Below are positions 8,792 through 17,400 of a stretch of DNA of 32,000 nt, piece after piece. Under the pieces are notes generated by a model, which made no database searches, was not told the origin of the DNA, and worked only from the letters and a program-made list of their open reading frames with translations. A program made the translations under genes and the position numbers. Every line of letters begins with the position of its first letter. Within the stretch, counting starts at the first letter, position 1. The stretch is from Dickeya solani IPO 2222 (lineage in GTDB: Bacteria > Pseudomonadota > Gammaproteobacteria > Enterobacterales > Enterobacteriaceae), in NCBI RefSeq assembly GCF_001644705.1, contig NZ_CP015137.1, forward strand, positions 3,120,001 through 3,152,000, in the 5' to 3' direction.

Positions 8792-11700
8792 TGTCATCCG
8801 GACTGAAACAGAAGTGGAACCTCTCCGCCTGGGCACTGGCCCATCAGCAACTGGTGGCTTTTTTTATGCTGGTGATTGTGGCGGCGGGCGTCATGAGCTA
8901 CGAACGTCTGCCGCGCAACGAAGACCCGGCATTTACCATCAAAACTGCGGTGGTGTCCGCCAGTTGGCCGGGCGCCACGGTGCAGGACACCGTCAGTTTC
9001 GTGACCGATGTGCTGGAAAAGAAACTGCAGGAAACCCCTTACCTTGATTTTATTGAGAGTTACAGCCGCCCCGGCGAAGCGGTGATTTTCGTCAACCTGC
9101 GCGACAGCACGCCGCCGTCCGAGGTAAAGGGCATTTGGTACACCATCCGCAAAAAGATGAAGGACATTACCCCCAGTCTGCCCGACGGGGTGGGCGAGCC
9201 GGCGGTCAACGACGAGTTCGACGATACCTTCGGCACGATTTATGGCTTTACCGCCGACGGTTACTCGCCGCGTGAGCTGCGCGACAAGGTGGATGATATC
9301 CGTACTGAACTGCTCGCCACGCCGAATGTCGGCAAAATTGATGTGCTGGGCGTGCAGGAAGAGCAAATCGTGGTCGCGTTTTCCCCGCGGCAACTGGCTG
9401 GCATGGGGTTGGACCTGCAACAGGTGACGGCGGCGTTACAGGCGCAAAACGCCGTCAGTCCGACCGGGACTATTCGTACTGCGAGCGACAAGGTGGAACT
9501 GCGCGTCAGCGGTGCGTTTGTTTCCGAAGAGAGCCTGCGTCAGGTGACGCTGCGCATCGGCGGGCGCTTTATCCCGCTGACCGATATCGCCACGGTTCAC
9601 CGTCAGGCGGCGGAGCCGCCGTCGCCGGCGTTTCGCGTCAATGGGCAGCCGGCTATCGGACTGGCGATCTCAATGGCGCCGACCGGCAACATGCTGGATT
9701 TCGGTCAGGCGTTGCGCAGCAAAATGGCGACGATTAGCGCATCGCTGCCGCACGGCATCGAGGTCACCAACGTGGCGGACCAGTCATCGGTGGTGAAATC
9801 CTCGGTTAACGGTTTCGTCAAGGTGTTGCTGGAAGCGGTGGTGATCGTGCTGGCGGTGTCGTTCGTCTCGCTGGGTAGCCGCGCCGGGCTGGTGGTGGCC
9901 GCGTCGATTCCGATTGTGCTGGCGATGACGTTCACCGGCATGGAGATAGCCGGTATCGGCTTGCAGCGCATTTCGCTGGGCGCTCTGATTATCGCGCTCG
10001 GGCTGCTGGTGGACGACGCCATGATCACGGTAGAGGCGATGGTGTCCAGCCTGGAAAAGGGCGAGGCCCGCGAGCAGGCCGCCACCCGCGCCTACGAAAC
10101 CACCGCGTTTCCGATGCTGACCGGTACGCTGGTGATGGTGGCGGGTTTCATTCCGGTCGGATTTGCCGCCTCCAGCGCCGGCGAGTACTGCTACTCGCTG
10201 TTTATTGTGGTGCTGATTTCGCTTCTCAGCTCCTGGGTAGTGGCGGTTTTGTTCTCGCCGCTGATTGGCGTCTGGCTGCTGCCGAAGGTGATGAAAGCCC
10301 ATGATCACAACGCCGGCCGCCTGTCGCGGGCGTATGACCGTTTGTTGTCGACGGCGCTGCGCTATCGCGGCCGCACGCTGTGGTTATCGTTGGCGCTGCT
10401 GGCGCTGGCGGTATGGGCCGCCGGTCGGCTGGAAGGTGAGTTTTTCCCAGCGTCGGACCGGCCGGAACTGCTGGTCAGCCTGACGCTGCCGCGCAACGCA
10501 TCGCAGGAAGCTACCGAACGGGAAGTCGTGCGGCTGGAGCAGTCGCTGAAGAACGATCCGGATCTGGATCATTTCTCCACCTATGTCGGGTCCGGCGCGG
10601 TGCGTTTCTATTTACCGATGGACGTGTTGTTGCAGAATGAAAACATCGCGCAGCTGGTAGTGGTGGCGAAAGGGCTAAAAGAACGGGATGCGCTGCGCGC
10701 CCGGCTGGAAAAACGCCTGCAGCAGGATTTCAGCCACCTGGTGACCCGCGTGTCGCCGCTGGAACTGGGGCCGCCGGTCGGCTGGCCGCTTAAGTACCGG
10801 CTCGCCGGGCCGGATATCGACAAGGTGCGCGAGTACGCTACCGGACTGGCGACGTTGATCGGCAACAACCCTGATGCACGTGAGGTTAACCTGACCGCCG
10901 GTGAACCGGAGCGCGCCATCCGCATCGACGTCAACCAGACTGAAGCGCGGGCGGTGGGCATCAGCTCACAGGATGTGGCCAGCGCGCTGGCGACTATTTT
11001 CTCCGGTTCGGCCGTGACCAGCGTACGCGATCGCAACCGGATGGTGGCGGTGGTGGTGCGCGCCCGGGATGAGGAACGTCAGAATCTGGATACCGTCGCC
11101 AGCCTGCAACTGCGCGCCGCTAACGGCCAGCGGGTGCCGCTGGGGCAGATTGCTTCCGTCGGGTATGGTGTGGATGAGCCGATCATCTGGCGCCGGCAGC
11201 GTTTGCCGTTTATCACTGTGCAGACCAACCTGGCGCCGGGCGTGAGCGCTCAGACCTTATCGACCACGCTGGCGCCGCAGGTGGCGGCCTATCAGGCGGC
11301 GTTGCCGGCCGGTTATCACATTGAAGAAGGCGGGTCGGTGGCGGAGTCCAACAAGGGTAACAATTCGGTGTATCAGGTGTTGCCGGTGACGCTGCTGGTG
11401 ATGCTGATTTTGCTGATGGTGCAGTTGCAGCGCTTCTCGCGCATGATGCTGGCGCTGCTGATGGCGCCGTTTGGGCTGATTGGCGTGGTGGCGGCGATGT
11501 TGCCGACCGGTACGCCGATGGGCTTCGTCGCCTTGCTGGGGGTGATCGCGCTGGCGGGGATGATCATCCGTAACGCGGTGATCCTGATCAGCGAAGTGGA
11601 CACCAACACGGCGGCGGGCATGCCGATCAACGAGGCGATTATCCATGCAGCCCGCCACCGTTCCCGTCCGATTCTGTTGACCGCGCTGGCGGCGATTTTG

Positions 11701-11856
11701 GGGATGATCCCGATCGCTACCCAGGTATTCTGGGGGCCGATGGCCTACGCCATCATCGGTGGGTTGATCGTCGCCACGCTGCTGACGCTGACGGTGTTGC
11801 CAGCGGCGATCAGCCTGGTGATGCAGTGGGAAACGCGCCGAAAAACGCAGGGGTAA
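8791..11856 (+). CDS. RND efflux permease, HAE1-like (AcrB/MdtB class), 1021 aa
   Basis: Twelve-TM pattern with two large periplasmic loops. The conserved TM4 region is ALGLLVDDAMITVEAMV. The N-terminus NLSAWALAHQQLVAFFMLVIVAAGVMSY is typical of the family. No cognate outer-membrane factor gene is adjacent. Confidence 0.93.
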   Translation: MSSGLKQKWNLSAWALAHQQLVAFFMLVIVAAGVMSYERLPRNEDPAFTIKTAVVSASWPGATVQDTVSFVTDVLEKKLQETPYLDFIESYSRPGEAVIFVNLRDSTPPSEVKGIWYTIRKKMKDITPSLPDGVGEPAVNDEFDDTFGTIYGFTADGYSPRELRDKVDDIRTELLATPNVGKIDVLGVQEEQIVVAFSPRQLAGMGLDLQQVTAALQAQNAVSPTGTIRTASDKVELRVSGAFVSEESLRQVTLRIGGRFIPLTDIATVHRQAAEPPSPAFRVNGQPAIGLAISMAPTGNMLDFGQALRSKMATISASLPHGIEVTNVADQSSVVKSSVNGFVKVLLEAVVIVLAVSFVSLGSRAGLVVAASIPIVLAMTFTGMEIAGIGLQRISLGALIIALGLLVDDAMITVEAMVSSLEKGEAREQAATRAYETTAFPMLTGTLVMVAGFIPVGFAASSAGEYCYSLFIVVLISLLSSWVVAVLFSPLIGVWLLPKVMKAHDHNAGRLSRAYDRLLSTALRYRGRTLWLSLALLALAVWAAGRLEGEFFPASDRPELLVSLTLPRNASQEATEREVVRLEQSLKNDPDLDHFSTYVGSGAVRFYLPMDVLLQNENIAQLVVVAKGLKERDALRARLEKRLQQDFSHLVTRVSPLELGPPVGWPLKYRLAGPDIDKVREYATGLATLIGNNPDAREVNLTAGEPERAIRIDVNQTEARAVGISSQDVASALATIFSGSAVTSVRDRNRMVAVVVRARDEERQNLDTVASLQLRAANGQRVPLGQIASVGYGVDEPIIWRRQRLPFITVQTNLAPGVSAQTLSTTLAPQVAAYQAALPAGYHIEEGGSVAESNKGNNSVYQVLPVTLLVMLILLMVQLQRFSRMMLALLMAPFGLIGVVAAMLPTGTPMGFVALLGVIALAGMIIRNAVILISEVDTNTAAGMPINEAIIHAARHRSRPILLTALAAILGMIPIATQVFWGPMAYAIIGGLIVATLLTLTVLPAAISLVMQWETRRKTQG

Positions 11857-11881
11857 AGCGGGTGATGAAACATCCTAACAG

Positions 11882-11912
11882 GGCCCCGACATCGGTTACG
11901 ATGCCGGGGGCC
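11882..11912. terminator. Weak GC hairpin between convergent genes (possible bidirectional terminator)
   Basis: ggcccc (11882-11887) pairs with ggggcc (11907-11912) across a roughly 19-nt loop. No clear T-tract on either strand. Confidence 0.3.
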
Positions 11913-11916
11913 GGGA

Positions 11917-13164
11917 TCAGAAGGTAAAGCTCAGTTTGGCGGCGGCACCGTAGGTGTGTTTGCTTTCGGTGCCGACCATGCCGGTCAGGTCAAGGTGTAC
12001 GCCAAACGGCGACAGGCCGAGACCGGCGGTGACCAGATTCTTGTCGCTGTCGCGCATATTGGCGCGGTAACCGACGCGCAGTTGCGCCCAGGACAGCACG
12101 CGGTATTCCGCACCTACCCCGGCGTACTGGTTTTTCTTCTCGGAATCAAAACCGCTGGCGGGCGTCAGGTCGATATCGGTGGCCAGCGTCAGCGTTTCCG
12201 TGCTCCAGGCGGTGCCCGCGGTGACCTGCGGCCGAAGGTGGAAGGTTCTCTGTATGCCTTGCACCTCTTTGGTGTCGATGCGGCGGTCAATCAGGTTCTG
12301 CGCCACCAACCCGGCGCTCCAGCGCGATGTCAGATCGGTACTGAAACCGAGATCCAGGTTGGCGCCGGAGCTGGATTTCTTGAATTCCGAATTGCGGAAA
12401 TCGGAGGTGCTGTAGTTATTGATCGACGCAATATAGTTATAGGTGTCGATCCGTTGCAGTTTGGGGGTGATACCCACGGAGACTGGCTGACCGGCGATGC
12501 TGAACGCTTTCGCCATCGCTACGCCGTATTCGGTCACCAGCGCGCCTGCGCCTTCGGCCCGGGAGGTGAAATTGTTCAGGTCGGCCGAGGTCGGAATGGT
12601 GGTGCCGGCCGCCACGCTATCCAGATAGGCCAGATCGCGGTCGGTCACCACGGCCTTGGCATTCGCCACGCCCCAACCTTTGACGACGACGGCGAAAGGC
12701 AACGTTTCGTTGGGAACCGCCACCACGGTAGCGGCGGCGGCATCGCCGTAAGCGCGATCGTCATTGATGCTATGCAAATCGCTTCTCAGCGACTGGAAGG
12801 AGGAGATGCCCTGTTGCAGCGCCAGCCGACGCAATAGCGGATTGGTGATACCGCTGCTGGAATTCAGCACGTCTTTGATACTATCCCAACTGTTTTTGAT
12901 GCGGTCGAACTTATCTTCCACTTTGTCGGGGTCGGACACCACCACGCCTACCGAAGGCAGGATCAGGCTGACGTTGTCGCTGGCTTGCGCTTTGGTCAGC
13001 AGCGCCGGGTTGGCCAGCGCGGCGGAGCCGTAGTGCGACGAGGCGACCCCGGTTCCGCCCATGGCGTCATTCCTGGCATCTGACCAGGTTCCGGCGGCAA
13101 AGGTTATGGCAGGAGAAAACAGACCCGCTACCGTCATGGCGCGGACAAGTGATTTTTTATGCAT
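11917..13164 (-). CDS. Outer-membrane beta-barrel protein, TraF_2 / FadL-like family (often auto-annotated 'conjugal transfer protein TraF')
   Basis: Signal peptide MHKKSLVRAMTVAGLFSPAITFA|A. The mature N-terminus ARNDAMGGTGVASSHYGSAALANPALL recalls the TraF_2 family. Amphipathic strand pattern with C-terminal ...AAKLSFTF. Confidence 0.6.
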   Translation of the reverse strand: MHKKSLVRAMTVAGLFSPAITFAAGTWSDARNDAMGGTGVASSHYGSAALANPALLTKAQASDNVSLILPSVGVVVSDPDKVEDKFDRIKNSWDSIKDVLNSSSGITNPLLRRLALQQGISSFQSLRSDLHSINDDRAYGDAAAATVVAVPNETLPFAVVVKGWGVANAKAVVTDRDLAYLDSVAAGTTIPTSADLNNFTSRAEGAGALVTEYGVAMAKAFSIAGQPVSVGITPKLQRIDTYNYIASINNYSTSDFRNSEFKKSSSGANLDLGFSTDLTSRWSAGLVAQNLIDRRIDTKEVQGIQRTFHLRPQVTAGTAWSTETLTLATDIDLTPASGFDSEKKNQYAGVGAEYRVLSWAQLRVGYRANMRDSDKNLVTAGLGLSPFGVHLDLTGMVGTESKHTYGAAAKLSFTF

Positions 13165-13834
13165 ACGAGCATTCCTTGATCATCGAAGGTATTGAGGAAA
13201 AAATTCCTTTTTGCTGTGTGCTCGTAATTTTTTTATAGATATAAATGCGGTAACTAAAATAAATAAAACCAGAGGACACCCTTGTGCAGGCGGAGCAAAA
13301 ACAGACCTTGGTTGAAAGGAATGAATATCTCGCGTCAAACTGAGACTGCTTTTCGGTGTGTCATTGCGACAATAGTGGCACAGCCTAGCATTTTCATTTC
13401 TGGCGGCGATAGCCCTTTACCCGGGTTCAGGTGTGATGGGGCGTAATGATTTCCTAATTCATTGAATTTATTTAATTTATCTATTGATTGAATAAAGGGG
13501 TTTAATTCATCTTATTTGAGGGAATGAATTCCTTGAATTGCTGAAGGCCTTATGTCTATTTTTAAACCATAGCCCTCTTCAGATAAAGAAAATATTCGTT
13601 CTGCGGTGGTCTGAATTCTTGCAATGTTTTTTTCCACGTCCGCATTCGGCGTCATTTAATCACTCGTCATTCCATCGGATTCTTTTAGGCTGATGTAGCC
13701 TGTCGGTGCCTGATGCAGCTGAAGAGGACTGCCATACGAAAGCGATTGCTTATTTTGGGAGGCCTCCTTACCCTGAAATGCACAGGCGCAATGCGATTCA
13801 ATTAGCGGCAATGAGCGAACGGCAAAGGGCAAGT

Positions 13835-14230
13835 ATGCGGACAATCGAAAAATTTCAGCGCGGTGACTTGCTGGTGGCAGCCTGCCCGTCACGCGGAGTG
13901 CTACAGCACATCACCAGCCGTTGGGGCATCCTGATTCTGATTGTGCTGGAATCGAAAACGCTCCGTTTCAGCGAATTGCGCCGCCTGATCAATGGCGTCA
14001 GCGAACGCATGCTGGCCCAGACATTACAGTGTCTGGAAGGCGACGGCCTGATCAACCGGGTGGCTTATGACGTGGTGCCGCCGCACGTGGAATACAGCCT
14101 GACCCCGCTGGGGAAAGAAGCCGCGGAGAAGGTGCGGGTGCTGGTGGACTGGATTGAAGAAAGCATGCCGCGTATCGCTGAACATTGGCGCGAGTCAGGG
14201 ACGGCGCGATCGCGGAAAACGTCTGCCTGA
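13835..14230 (+). CDS. HxlR-family (YtfH-like) winged-helix transcriptional regulator
   Basis: CPSRGVLQHITSRWGILILIVLESKTLRFSELRRLINGVSERMLAQTLQCLEGDGLINRVAYDVVPPHVEYSLTPLG is the HxlR-type HTH signature. The ATG at 13835 gives a family-typical length of 132 aa. Starts at 13706 and 13811 are possible but would add an atypical extension. Confidence 0.8.
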   Translation: MRTIEKFQRGDLLVAACPSRGVLQHITSRWGILILIVLESKTLRFSELRRLINGVSERMLAQTLQCLEGDGLINRVAYDVVPPHVEYSLTPLGKEAAEKVRVLVDWIEESMPRIAEHWRESGTARSRKTSA

Positions 14231-14277
14231 AACGCGGCGGGAATCATGCCGCATTTCCGCCTTTAGTCCGCGTTTTT
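14230..14277 (+). terminator. Possible terminator after the HxlR gene
   Basis: aaacgcgg (14230-14237) pairs with ccgcgttt (14268-14275), followed by extra T residues. The 30-nt loop is non-canonical. Confidence 0.3.
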
Positions 14278-14444
14278 CAATCGTTAGTGAATGATCTCAG
14301 CCTAATGATTTCTACCGGTTTTATTGTTGATAAAACCAGAAAGCTGTGTTTAATTTTAAGTTAATGCTTTCGCATTTTTTCTATTTTAGCGTTATCGATT
14401 TTTACACCAGGTTTGATTTTTTAAATTAATAACAGATTCTTGCC

Positions 14445-17400
14445 ATGGATATCCTGCCGGTTGGTGCAGGGGCGGTTGCCTGTTTTTCAAACCTGTCAAT
14501 ATCGGTGATGCTTATGGCCCAGCAACGAACTCTGTATAACGCAACCCGCATGGTGCTTGAGCGCCGTTTGATGTTTGATGCCGCCGCTGTCGCCACGGCG
14601 GATCAGGTTGCCAATGACCAGCCAGATGGCGCCAGTCATGACGGTAGTGCCGATTCGGCAACGCCGGAACATACCAATACCGATTTAATTCAGGCCATTA
14701 GCCAGATCGAAACGCCGCCCGCCCGCGTTGAGGTATTCTTTATTGACGGCGCGTTGCCAAATAAAGACGCGCTGGTCTCGCAATTACCGGCCAATGCATC
14801 GGTGTATATTCTGGATAGTAATCAGGATGGGTTAAATCAAATCGCTGATATTCTTTCTAATTATAAAAATGTCGATGCGATTCATATTATTTCACACGGT
14901 GATAGTGGGCAGATTGAATTAGGCAATAGCCTCGTCTCGGCGGAAAATATAGATAGCTATCAAACTATATTAGAGCAAATAAATTTATCTCTAAACAGTT
15001 CTGCCGATGTTTTAATTTATGGCTGTAATGTTGGGGATGAGGCCGGGCAACAGTTATTGAGCGCGCTGTCGTCGTCGCTGGATTCGGACGTAGCGGCGTC
15101 ATCCGATATTACCGGGGTTGATGGCAACTGGGTGCTGGAAAGCCATGTCGGCAGTATCGAAACCGAATCCATCAATCCGACAGGCTGGCATGCCAATCTG
15201 TTGCTGGGAATAAACACCGCGCCTACTGCTGTGGTTGATGTGGCGCTGGTGAGCCAAAATAGTTCGACCATCATTAATGTGACCGCGAACGATATCGATC
15301 TGGAAGGCGATGCCATCAAGGTGACCGGGGCCAGCGCGCTATTTGGCAAGGTAACGATCAATACCGACAATACGCTGACCTATACCCCCAATAACGGCTA
15401 TTTCGGCGTTGATACCATCACTTATACCATTGCTGACAGTAAAGGACTGTCGGCGTTGCTGCCGGGTACGGTGGCGGTAACGGTCAATAGCTTGCCTACC
15501 TTGTCGTTACCGGTGCTGGTTAATCTGTTCAATGAAGATACGCCGATAGTCTTCGCCAATATTCTGGGCACCAAAATCAGCATTGGCGACCTCGACGGCA
15601 GCATCGCCAGGATCTCGTTATCGGTGCCGCTGGGTTCGCTGACGCTATCCCAGACCGCTAATCTGTCGTTTAGCCAGGGCGACGGCATCAACGACAGCAA
15701 CATCACCATGCAGGGTAATATTGCGGATATCAATGCCGCGCTGAATGGCCTGATTTATACCCCGGATGCAGACTATAACGGTCCGGTGACCATCACTATC
15801 GGCTTAACCGACACCTTGCTGGCGATACCGATTACCGCCTCGCTGCCAATTGGCATTGCGCCGGTGGCGGATATTGTCAGTGATTCCGTCATTACTAATG
15901 TCAGTTCGCCGGTCAGTTTCAATGTGATGGCGAACGATACTTTTGAAAACATCAACGCTCGGGTGACGTCTTACAGCACGCCATCACACGGTACGGTGGT
16001 GATTGATAGCACCGGCAACGCGGTCTACACCCCTAATAGCGGTTACCTGGGGAATGACTCGTTTACCTATACCGTTACCAGTAATGGCACCACGGAAACC
16101 ACCACCGTCACCATCCATATCAATACGCCGCCGGTCGCCAACCCGGACAGCGCTACCACGCCGGAAGATACGTCGGTGACGGTGAACGTGCTGGCCAATG
16201 ATACCGATGCCGATGGTAATACGCTGACCGTGACATCGGCCAGCGCCGGGCACGGCACAGTGGTGATCAACGCCAACGGTACGCTGACCTATACGCCGGC
16301 CGCCAACTACAACGGCAGCGACACCATTACCTATAAGATCAGTGACGGATTGGGCGCCAGCGCGACGGGTACGGTAACGGTGACCATCACGCCGGTGAAC
16401 GATGCACCGGTGGCGGTCAACGACACGGCGACCACCGCAGAAGACACGCCGGTGACGGTGAATGTGCTGGCGAACGACAGCGATGTGGACGGCGATACGC
16501 TGACGGTGACTGCCGCCAGCGCCGGACACGGCACGGTAGTCATTAACGCCAACGGCACGCTGACCTATACGCCGGCGGCCAACTACAACGGCAGCGACAC
16601 CATCAGCTACACCGTCAGCGACGGTCAGGGCGGCACGTCCACCGCTATTGTGGCGGTCACGGTGACGCCGGTGAACGATGCACCGGTGGCGGCCAATGAT
16701 ACGGCCACCACGCTGGAAGACACGCCGGTGACGGTCAATGTGCTGGCGAATGACAGCGATGTGGACGGCGACAGCCTGACGGTGACCGCCGCGACGGCCG
16801 GACACGGCACGGTGGTGATCAACGCCAACGGTACGCTGACCTATACGCCGGCCGCCAACTACAACGGCAGCGACACCATCAGCTACACCGTCAGCGACGG
16901 CCACGGCGGCACCGCCACCGCGACCGTGACGGTGAGCATCACGCCGGTCAATGACGCGCCGGTGGCGGTGAACGACACGGCCACCACGCTGGAAGACACG
17001 CCGGTGACCGTCAATGTGCTGGCGAACGACAGCGATGTGGACGGCGACAGCCTGACGGTGACCGCCGCCAGCGCCGGGCATGGCACGGTAGTCATTAACG
17101 CCAACGGCACGCTGACCTACACGCCGGCCGCCAACTACAACGGCAGCGACACCATCAGCTATACCGTCAGCGACGGTCAGGGCAGCACCGCCACTGCGAC
17201 CGTGACGATGAGCATCACGCCGGTCAATGACGCGCCGGTGGCGGCCAACGACACGGCCACCACCGCGGAAGATACGCCGGTGACGGTGAATGTGCTGGCG
17301 AATGATACTGATGTGGACGGCGACAGCCTGACGGTGACCGCCGCCAGCGCCGGGCACGGCACGGTAGTCATTAACGCCAACGGCACGCTGACCTATACCC

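Noticed and set aside
11956-12837. 293-aa plus-strand ORF opposite the beta-barrel OMP gene
   Set aside because: It is a Gly/Arg/Ala-rich antisense artefact. The minus-strand product has a signal peptide and a C-terminal aromatic OMP signature.
13321-13449. Small 42-aa ORF (MNISRQTETAFRCVIATIVAQPSIFISGGDSPLPGFRCDGA) in the long AT-rich gap, plus the 78-aa minus ORF at 13656-13892
   Set aside because: The GGA of the putative SD abuts the ATG, so the spacing is too short. Nothing in the sequence supports either ORF as a real gene. The 78-aa ORF overlaps the HxlR gene's upstream region and 5' end and has no recognisable features. Both are worth checking only with RNA-seq or Ribo-seq.
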